In this document: positions 27,360 through 35,263 of the stretch, in pieces | Numbering within the stretch: the stretch's first letter is position 1 | Layout of the letters: every line of letters starts with the position of its first letter | NCBI GenBank assembly: GCA_050633625.1 | Contig: JBOEGW010000002.1 | Coordinates: forward strand, 565-64,564 | DNA: 64,000 bases | Direction of reading: 5' to 3' | From: Maritimibacter sp. | GTDB lineage: Bacteria > Pseudomonadota > Alphaproteobacteria > Rhodobacterales > Rhodobacteraceae | Program-made: the position numbers and the translations under genes | Notes under the pieces: generated by a model | What the model saw: the letters and a program-made list of their open reading frames with translations, nothing else | Databases searched by the model: none | Told to the model about the DNA's origin: nothing

Positions 27360-28787
27360 ATGCCGAAGAACATTCTAATTTTCTCGGATGGGACCGGACA
27401 AGTCGGTGGCATGAAGCCAGACCAACGGCTCTCAAATGTCTATAAGTTGTATCGTGCGGCCAGGCCCGGTCCATCCTCCCCGATCAAGCCATCTGAACAG
27501 GTTTGCTTCTATGACGCAGGCCTCGGGGCGGGAGAAGTTGGCGGGTTGACGTTTCAGCGAGTGCGCAACGTGCTTTCTGCGGCAGTAGGCACAGGAATCG
27601 ATGAAAACGTTATCGATTGCTACGAAAAAATAATTTCCTACTACGAACCAGGTGATCGCATCCTTGTGTTTGGTTTTTCACGTGGTGCATACACCGCACG
27701 CGCCGTAGCTAACGTGATGAACCTCTGTGGCATCCCAACCAAAATGCCGGATGGATCTGCTGTCCCACGCTATGGAGCGCCGCTCAGGAAGATCGCAAGC
27801 GACGCAGTCAATTTCGTCTACAATCACGGGAACGGATACTCGCGCGGTCAGGAACCCTATTTTACCCGAAGGGAAGAGCTCGGAAGGCGGTTTCGGCGAA
27901 AGTACGGGAGTTTCGTCCCTGATGCGGAGGAAGATGTTCAGGGCAACGTGCAGCCTACATTCATTGGCGTCTTTGATACGGTTGCAGCGCTTGGAAATGT
28001 CGTTGTCGGATATCTTATAGTCGCGAGTTTGGTGGCACTAGGCGGTCTGTTCTCTGCGGCGTTGTACTGGTCTTGGCATTGGATATTTTGGTCCGTCCCT
28101 GCGGTGTTACTGACCATCATTTCATATTGGTACATCAAGTTGCGCTGGTCGCAGTTCAAGTACTTTTCTCCCGATCCCGAAAAGCCATTGAGAATCTCGA
28201 ATCCGCGCGACTGGTGGGCGATTTGGAAGCACGGTCACCGAGCAGTCTGGAATCGCAAGAACTATGACAAATGGCTAGATTCCGATGTTGGGTTTGCCCG
28301 TCATGCATTGGCCATAGACGAGCATCGGCGAGACTTCCCCCGGGTTAAGTGGGCGATGAAAGCCGAGGCGGCCAAAACATCAGGCAGAAAGCCCGAATGG
28401 TTGAAACAAGTATGGTTTGCCGGGTGCCACAGCGATGTGGGCGGCAGTTATCTGGAACCAGAATCTCGACTCAGTGACATTGCGTTGGACTGGATGGTCA
28501 GCGAGTTGAAGGAATGCGTTCCTGAGATAAAGATAAACAAGAACATTCTTTTCCGATCTCCGGATGCTGTCGCTCTTCAACACGAAGAAACATACATGTT
28601 CAGGTTCGGCCCACTAAAGAGGAAGTGGCCGGCCAAACCACGTATCGTCGATCCAATTTTTAAGCTGCACCCATCGGTAATTCAGCGGCTTAAGGCTGAC
28701 TCTGTGCCTCAAGTTGGTGAGGTGAAGCCCTACCGGCCTGAACAGCTTAGGGAACACCCGCAAGCTAAGAAGTATTTCGAGGACTGA
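27360..28787 (+). CDS. DUF2235 (Tle1-like) alpha/beta hydrolase with two internal TM helices
   Basis: ILIFSDGTGQ start, nucleophile elbow VFGFSRGAYTARA, GVFDTVAALG and GCHSDVGGSY motifs. Hydrophobic insert YLIVASLVALGGLFSAALYW / IFWSVPAVLLTIISYWYI (aa about 214-259). Confidence 0.85.
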   Translation: MPKNILIFSDGTGQVGGMKPDQRLSNVYKLYRAARPGPSSPIKPSEQVCFYDAGLGAGEVGGLTFQRVRNVLSAAVGTGIDENVIDCYEKIISYYEPGDRILVFGFSRGAYTARAVANVMNLCGIPTKMPDGSAVPRYGAPLRKIASDAVNFVYNHGNGYSRGQEPYFTRREELGRRFRRKYGSFVPDAEEDVQGNVQPTFIGVFDTVAALGNVVVGYLIVASLVALGGLFSAALYWSWHWIFWSVPAVLLTIISYWYIKLRWSQFKYFSPDPEKPLRISNPRDWWAIWKHGHRAVWNRKNYDKWLDSDVGFARHALAIDEHRRDFPRVKWAMKAEAAKTSGRKPEWLKQVWFAGCHSDVGGSYLEPESRLSDIALDWMVSELKECVPEIKINKNILFRSPDAVALQHEETYMFRFGPLKRKWPAKPRIVDPIFKLHPSVIQRLKADSVPQVGEVKPYRPEQLREHPQAKKYFED

Positions 28788-28891
28788 TAATACCAGTGGT
28801 CAGCTTGGTGCAGGACAGGCAGAATGTGACGTACCATGGCGAAATGATGTGTGTTTCCTTCCAAGAAATTCGAACGAGTGGGGGCTGACTG

Positions 28892-30505
28892 ATGAAAATG
28901 AAGAGCCTAAAAAAATACAAGGTGGGCGGCACAGGATCCAAAATGCAGCTAGCTATTCCGCTGCCTCAAACACCGGACGGACGCGTTTACCGCTATTCTC
29001 CGAATGAAATCGCGCATCCCCGACACTTCGTTCTTGGCAATAGGGAAGCCGGTTTTGTCGTCGAAGAGCACAAGCGTGAGCGGATGAGGCAGGAACCAGG
29101 GACGACAAAGACTGTATGTCCTTACAGTGGTGTCATCGGCGATGACGGGGACTTCACACATCCGAAGGACCAGGAGGCCGCGATCAAGATCGTCAAACAT
29201 GCGGCAATGCAAGACGTCGAATCTGCATTGTCGGATATGCTCAAAGGCGTCGCTCAGAAAAGTCGTGGTGGGATCACTTTCAAGCCAGGTGCACGTACAC
29301 GTCGCCCAAACCCGCAATTTGGTCGACGTGATCTCATGCGCCTTCTGATTTGTGACTGCTGCGGGCGAGATTATGGCGTCTTCGCGATTGCGCTCTACTG
29401 TCCGGACTGCGGTGCCCCAAATATCGCACTTCACTTCGGGCGAGAGGTTGAGCTCGTCTTGCAGCAAGCCCGGATAGCAGAGGATTTGGGTGAAGATCGA
29501 CAAGAACTTGCGTACCGTCTCTTGGGTAACGCGCATGAAGATGTCCTGACCGCCTTTGAAGCGGTACAAAAGGTAGTCTACGTTCACAGGGTTTCTAAGG
29601 AGGAATCAGGTGTTGTGCCTGCCAAACCTGTGCGCAACGATTTTCAGAATGTCGAAAGGGCTCAAAAACGCTATGCTGAATTTGGCTTCAATCCGTTCTG
29701 CGCGCTGTCCGAGGACGAACGAGAGCTGCTCGATCTCAATATTCAGAAGCGGCATGTGATCGGACACAATCTCGGTGTGGTTGATGCCAAGTTCGCAGAA
29801 AACGCGCGAGACGCGCGCCTAGGTGAAACCGTGGAGCTAGTTGGGTCTGAAATTCGGGAGTTCGCCAGATTGTGCCAACTAGTGATTTCGGCGCTGAATG
29901 ATTGGCTTGGGGGCTTAAGCTTTCCGATTGCCCCAAAGGCTGAGGGGGAAACGGGCGGCGGGAACGAACCCGAGACTAAGGAAGGCACAGTGGGGGATCT
30001 TGGTAGTCTGGCATCCAGGATTGGCCGTTGGCTCTGTGAACATTCGGTTACTGGTATGCCCGACAATATCGACGAGGAGGGCGTTCTGACGGCATTTTCG
30101 GATATGGAAGAAGGCGAGCTGAAGGAGGCGTTAGCTGAGCTTGAAATGGAGAGCTGTGTCGTGCTGTCGCATGTAATCGGAACGCGCCTCCCACGCATCC
30201 AAACGGCAGAGGAACTCTTTCTGGTTTTTGACCCCCTTGTCTTGAAGTCGAGCCCGATCACAGACGCTTTGCATCTCGTCGATCTCGTTTTGGCGGGAGA
30301 TGGCTCAGTGAGCTTATCCGACTTACATGATCAAAGCGGAATGGACCAAAGGCGGTTCAACCCGGCGGCAGGGATGATCGTGGCAGAGATTGGCGAAGGT
30401 CGTGTGAGCCGCACATACTCGCCTGACTATCCGGCGAGGTATTTCACGATGGCCTCAGAGGACCGTGTCGCATTGAAGCGGCTTGGCAAACAGTTGACAG
30501 GGTAG
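28892..30505 (+). CDS. Hypothetical 537-aa protein with a central zinc-ribbon
   Basis: Long ORF. CDCCGRDYGVFAIALYCPDCG (CxxC-x13-CxxC). Isolated KRHVIGHN (R-x4-H) segment. Otherwise unassignable. Confidence 0.7.
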   Translation: MKMKSLKKYKVGGTGSKMQLAIPLPQTPDGRVYRYSPNEIAHPRHFVLGNREAGFVVEEHKRERMRQEPGTTKTVCPYSGVIGDDGDFTHPKDQEAAIKIVKHAAMQDVESALSDMLKGVAQKSRGGITFKPGARTRRPNPQFGRRDLMRLLICDCCGRDYGVFAIALYCPDCGAPNIALHFGREVELVLQQARIAEDLGEDRQELAYRLLGNAHEDVLTAFEAVQKVVYVHRVSKEESGVVPAKPVRNDFQNVERAQKRYAEFGFNPFCALSEDERELLDLNIQKRHVIGHNLGVVDAKFAENARDARLGETVELVGSEIREFARLCQLVISALNDWLGGLSFPIAPKAEGETGGGNEPETKEGTVGDLGSLASRIGRWLCEHSVTGMPDNIDEEGVLTAFSDMEEGELKEALAELEMESCVVLSHVIGTRLPRIQTAEELFLVFDPLVLKSSPITDALHLVDLVLAGDGSVSLSDLHDQSGMDQRRFNPAAGMIVAEIGEGRVSRTYSPDYPARYFTMASEDRVALKRLGKQLTG

Positions 30506-30557
30506 GTATCCGTCTTTCCAATCGGCAATTCTTGATGAGGCGATTACAAATGACCTG

Positions 30558-31568
30558 CTATGACCACACCGCTAATGGTGAGAATGAGATAGCCCTTCCT
30601 TCTTCCAAATCTTCCATAAACGTCTTCCACCGCTCCCGCCCCATTCTGACAGAGCAGTACCCTGCAGCCATAGCCGAAAAGCCAGTTAGGACTGTTGTCA
30701 GGTCATCGATGAATCCGTCTGCGAGTTTTGGAACTGCCTTGCCATACGCGAGGTAGATTGCATCACGATAGTTTGCTTTTCCCCGATATCTGGAGGCCTC
30801 ATGCAAGAAGCATATGCTCTTTCTACCAAAGGCATCGTCCCGCAACGCGCGTGCGGCTTTAGTGCGAAAATTGTCTACTCCCAATTCCTTGAATTCACGC
30901 GAATTTCTAACTTGTTGCTCAAGGTTCCATTGCTCCCAAGATGCAGTGCCCGACAAGTACTCTGCGTGACAGCCCCACGCCTGTTCTGGGGTTCTGGGTA
31001 CAGATGTGAGTGAGTGACTGCCACGGGATCGAGGCCCGGTTAGATCGCCCTCCACATCAGATTTGACGAGGCTGCCTAGCCGGTCGCTGAAGGGCGCCAT
31101 TGCCAACTTTGCTTCGACGATTTGTCGGTCCCACTGGCGGGCCGTTGAAGCGTGGGTCTCTGGAAACGAGCCGTCGGCTGCGGCGATCATTGCAGAGGCT
31201 GCGCCGTAGACACCATAGTACCATGTCACAATCCCAACACGTGCAACGTCGGCCTTGTTCGGCACTGCGGCCATTCCGCGAAGAGCAGCGATCTGATGCA
31301 GCGAGAAAAGCAATTGTTCGAATACCGAATTCAATTGGCGCTCGCTCAACTCCTTACGTTGAACCCGTCCATAGAATGCTTGGGCCGTACTGAAATCCAA
31401 AGCGCAATCTGAGACCAGTATGGCTTCCGCCCGCATCCAGTTTAGTGTGGATGGGAGTGCAAAAACCGCGTCTGGAATCTCCTCCGGTGTCTCGGTCAGT
31501 GTCCCGTGGGTGCGCATGCGGGTGTATAGTGATGTCATTGGCATTTCCTTCCGAGTAACTTTTTTCAT
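30558..31568 (-). CDS. Hypothetical 336-aa protein
   Basis: Long ORF convergent with the 537-aa gene (52-nt gap). Helical composition. The EASRYRGKANYRD segment is vaguely reminiscent of YaaC/HEPN-like proteins but is not assignable by eye. Confidence 0.7.
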   Translation of the reverse strand: MKKVTRKEMPMTSLYTRMRTHGTLTETPEEIPDAVFALPSTLNWMRAEAILVSDCALDFSTAQAFYGRVQRKELSERQLNSVFEQLLFSLHQIAALRGMAAVPNKADVARVGIVTWYYGVYGAASAMIAAADGSFPETHASTARQWDRQIVEAKLAMAPFSDRLGSLVKSDVEGDLTGPRSRGSHSLTSVPRTPEQAWGCHAEYLSGTASWEQWNLEQQVRNSREFKELGVDNFRTKAARALRDDAFGRKSICFLHEASRYRGKANYRDAIYLAYGKAVPKLADGFIDDLTTVLTGFSAMAAGYCSVRMGRERWKTFMEDLEEGRAISFSPLAVWS

Positions 31569-31832
31569 GATTTTTCTATTTTAGAAACATATTTCATGTG
31601 TTAGGAACATTTTTCGAGGCACCTTGTCTTTGGTAACGATATTCGCACAGGAGGGACGAAAATCAGAACTCAACCGGCAGAAGTCCAATTTTCAGGGACC
31701 GTAAACACAATTCACCAACGAAGGTTACCAGAGAACGCTATTCCCGTAGGCTATGGTGCGCTTATTGACGCCTATTCCCTCGCAGTCCCTATCCCACACC
31801 AACTCTCCGCGATCGGAGACCGGCACCGCGTT

Positions 31833-33206
31833 GTGATTTCGGATGAATGGCGCATCATGACACCGCGCCATGAACCCCAGGCTTCACTACGTGGTCATCT
31901 GACATTCGCCCTAAAATATGAAGGGCTCGATCTCGCTATCCTCAAACGTTTGTTTGAAGCTGTTGGCGATGAGCCAATCATCGCATGGGTCAGTGATGAA
32001 CCCAATGGTAGTTATGCGCGGAGGATTTGGTTCCTCTATGAATGGCTCTTCCAAACGCAGATCCGGCTGGAAGACGCAACTGGCGGACGCTACGTCCAAG
32101 TGCTGGACGACCGTCTTCAATATGGATCGACCGAGTCAAACTCTTCACGGCATCGGATAAAAAACAATCTGCCCGGGACACCAGACTTCTGTCCTCTGGT
32201 GTTTCGTACGCCGGAGCTTGAAGCTTTCTGCGCGATGGACCTTGCGCGTAGAGCCCAACAGATCGTCGACGAAGTGCCCCGCGATCTTTTAGCGCGTACA
32301 GCCGCATTTTTGCTACTGAAGGACTCTCGATCCAGTTACGCCATTGAAGGCGAACGCCCCCCCCAAGATCGTATTCAACGTTGGGGCCGCGCCATTGGCG
32401 AGGCAGGCCGACAGGCCCTTGATCAAGACGAACTGCTCCGCCTCCAACAGATTGTCATTGGGGATGACCGTTTCATAAAATTGGGCTTTCGACAGGAAGG
32501 CGGCTTTGTTGGATCGCATGATCGCGAAAGCCAGATGCCTCTCCCGGATCACATAAGCGCTAGGCATGAAGATTTGGACGACTTGATTGCCGGCATGGTC
32601 GCGTTTGACCGCACGAGTGGGCAGACCCTCGATCCAGTGATTGCCTCTGCTGTGCTCGCGTTTGGCTTTGTCTACATTCATCCGTTTGAGGACGGGAACG
32701 GGCGTCTGCACCGATATATCTTCCACCATGTTTTGGCCGAGCGCGGGTTCAATCCGCCAGGTGTCGTATTCCCGATCTCATCAGCAATCCTTGAACGGAT
32801 AGATGACTATCGTGCTGTTCTCGAAAGTTATTCAGCACGGCTACTGCCGTTCATCGAATGGAACCCAACTGAAAAATTCAATGTCGAAGTCACAAATGAG
32901 ACAGGCGATTTTTACCGCTTCTTTGATGCCACACCACACGCTGCGTTTCTCTACAGCTGCGTCCAAAAAACGATCGAAGTTGACCTCCCCTATGAAACAG
33001 AATTCCTCCGTCGCTACGACCAGTTCCGCGCAGCGATAGACGACATGTTCGACATGCCCACGCGCACCGTCGATCTTTTGTTCCGTTTTTTGCAGCAGAA
33101 TAATGGCCAGCTCTCTGCGAGAGCACGTGGCAAGGAATTTGCAGCCCTTACTGATCACGAAGTCGAACGGGTCGAGAACATTTATCGCAATTTCAATGCT
33201 TCCTGA
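31833..33206 (+). CDS. Fic/DOC-family protein (AMPylase-type motif); true start probably upstream
   Basis: Canonical Fic motif HPFEDGNGRLHRY. The frame is open and protein-like back to 31605 with no canonical start codon (see findings). Confidence 0.9.
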   Translation: MISDEWRIMTPRHEPQASLRGHLTFALKYEGLDLAILKRLFEAVGDEPIIAWVSDEPNGSYARRIWFLYEWLFQTQIRLEDATGGRYVQVLDDRLQYGSTESNSSRHRIKNNLPGTPDFCPLVFRTPELEAFCAMDLARRAQQIVDEVPRDLLARTAAFLLLKDSRSSYAIEGERPPQDRIQRWGRAIGEAGRQALDQDELLRLQQIVIGDDRFIKLGFRQEGGFVGSHDRESQMPLPDHISARHEDLDDLIAGMVAFDRTSGQTLDPVIASAVLAFGFVYIHPFEDGNGRLHRYIFHHVLAERGFNPPGVVFPISSAILERIDDYRAVLESYSARLLPFIEWNPTEKFNVEVTNETGDFYRFFDATPHAAFLYSCVQKTIEVDLPYETEFLRRYDQFRAAIDDMFDMPTRTVDLLFRFLQQNNGQLSARARGKEFAALTDHEVERVENIYRNFNAS

Positions 33207-33214
33207 GGTCACTT

Positions 33215-35263
33215 ATGTATTTGTCAAAACTAACCATCAGCGGATTCCGACAATTTGGACAAGGCGACGCAGCTGCTGAATTGACCTTCCAGCCAGGGGT
33301 GACAGCGCTGATTGGCAAGAACGATAGTGGCAAAACAGCGATCATTGATGCTATTCGCTATGCATTGCTGAGCCGTGATCAAATGTATTTCAAGGTGCAA
33401 CCGGAAGACTTTCACGTCGATGCGGCCGGCAGCAGTGTCGACGATATCAGGATCACGTGCGTTTTATCGGATCTCGGAACCGGTGATCAGGCAACCTTTG
33501 CGGAACATCTTACTTACTTGGACGGGAAGGTTTCGCTATTGGTGAATCTTCATGCCAGACGTCTTGCCACAGAGGGGTCTGCACGCAGATGGGTAGAAGT
33601 CAATGTCCGGTCGGGGTTGGATGGTGTGGGCCCTGCACTTGAGATGACTGTTCGCGAATTGCTTGCCTCAGCATATCTCAAACCGTTGCGGGACGCCGAG
33701 CGTGAACTCTCGTCTGGTCGCGGATCCAGACTGTCACAAATCCTCTACCACGTGGATGGAATCAAAGAGGGTGCTTCGTTTGATCCCGAAAACCCACCTG
33801 CGACACCGGCGGCAACAACTGGGTTAAGCCTGCTCGGTCTTTCAGAATACTTTGGACACAACGTGAAATCTCACAAGGGTGTTGTGGATGCGCAAAGCGC
33901 TATCAACTCCAATTACCTGAAGTCGTTACTTCTGGCTGGTGACAAAATGACCGGCAAGATCGATTTAACAGAAGGTGGAAACAAAGATGCTCGGCTTCGC
34001 CAAATTCTTGAGCGGTTAGAACTTGGCCTCATGGATGCCAGCGGCACTCAACCCCGAGGCAGGTTTGGCCTTGGGTCCAACAATATTCTCTACATGGCTT
34101 GCGAATTGCTGCTTCTTGGACGCGAACCAGAAGGGTTGCCACTGTTATTGGTCGAAGAGCCAGAGGCACATCTCCACCCTCAACGGCAACTTCGGCTTAT
34201 GCAGTTTCTCAAGACCGCTGCTGAGGGAAGGGTGCAGGATGAAGAAGGTCGTAAAGTCCAGGTCATCTTATCAACGCACAGCCCGAATTTGGCCTCGGGA
34301 CTTCCTGTAGCAAACACCGTTCTCTTGGACGGAGAGAATGCGCACCCTCTGTCGCACGACCACACTTGCCTTTCCTCAAATGACTATTCGTTTTTGGAAC
34401 GATTTCTCGACGCGACGAAAGCAAACCTCTTCTTTGCGCATGGGGTTTTGATTGTGGAGGGTGATGGTGAAGCCTTGGTCCTGCCCGCCATAGCGCGAGC
34501 GATTGGTCTCGATCTTAGTACGCATGGCGTTTCAATCGTCAATGTAAAGGGCACGGGGCTTCGCCGTTTCAGCAAGGTTTTTCAAAAGTCCGATGAAGCC
34601 AAGACCTGGATATCAATTCCTGTGGCTTGCATCGCAGACATGGATGTCATGCCAGACGCTGCGCCCGAGATACTTGGCCTCGTCACCGGCGATGATGATC
34701 CAAAGTGGACTAATCCGAAGCGGCGGTGGAAAGCGAACAAGCACTTTGGGCCAGATGCTTCCGCCATTGAAGCAGGTTTGAAAGAACGTTCTGAAGGTCT
34801 CTGCAAGGAAGACGCACAAAACGTACGAACGTTCGTCAGCAGTCACTGGACCTTGGAATATGATCTTGCCCGCAATGGAATCGCCTCAATGGTATTCAAT
34901 GCTGCAATGCTCGCCAAAGCTCACGACAAAATTTGCGATGGGACCGCGACACAAGATGATATTCTTGCAGAAGCGGGGGAGGCTTTCGAAAAATTGTTCG
35001 CCGATTGTGGCAAAGACGATGAACTCACGGCAATCCATATCTACCAACTCTTCACTTCGAAAAAGGCATCCAAGGCGATCGCGGCACAATACTTGGCTGC
35101 CGCTATCGACATTGAGGCGGCAAGTGAAGGATTTGACTCTGCAGCATTTGAGGCATGCCTTCCGACTTATCTTGTAGATGCGATCAAACACGCCTGTGAC
35201 AAAGGATCGGCGCCAGTCCTTGCTGATGAAGCTCAGCCAGGTGTCGTTGCGGCTGAGCAATGA
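33215..35263 (+). CDS. gajA: OLD-family ATP-dependent endonuclease (ABC-ATPase + TOPRIM), GajA-like
   Basis: Walker A GKNDSGKT, LLLVEEPEAHLHPQRQ, TOPRIM Glu in VLIVEGDGEALVLP, and DxD in ACIADMDVMPD. Paired with a UvrD-like helicase. Confidence 0.85.
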   Translation: MYLSKLTISGFRQFGQGDAAAELTFQPGVTALIGKNDSGKTAIIDAIRYALLSRDQMYFKVQPEDFHVDAAGSSVDDIRITCVLSDLGTGDQATFAEHLTYLDGKVSLLVNLHARRLATEGSARRWVEVNVRSGLDGVGPALEMTVRELLASAYLKPLRDAERELSSGRGSRLSQILYHVDGIKEGASFDPENPPATPAATTGLSLLGLSEYFGHNVKSHKGVVDAQSAINSNYLKSLLLAGDKMTGKIDLTEGGNKDARLRQILERLELGLMDASGTQPRGRFGLGSNNILYMACELLLLGREPEGLPLLLVEEPEAHLHPQRQLRLMQFLKTAAEGRVQDEEGRKVQVILSTHSPNLASGLPVANTVLLDGENAHPLSHDHTCLSSNDYSFLERFLDATKANLFFAHGVLIVEGDGEALVLPAIARAIGLDLSTHGVSIVNVKGTGLRRFSKVFQKSDEAKTWISIPVACIADMDVMPDAAPEILGLVTGDDDPKWTNPKRRWKANKHFGPDASAIEAGLKERSEGLCKEDAQNVRTFVSSHWTLEYDLARNGIASMVFNAAMLAKAHDKICDGTATQDDILAEAGEAFEKLFADCGKDDELTAIHIYQLFTSKKASKAIAAQYLAAAIDIEAASEGFDSAAFEACLPTYLVDAIKHACDKGSAPVLADEAQPGVVAAEQ

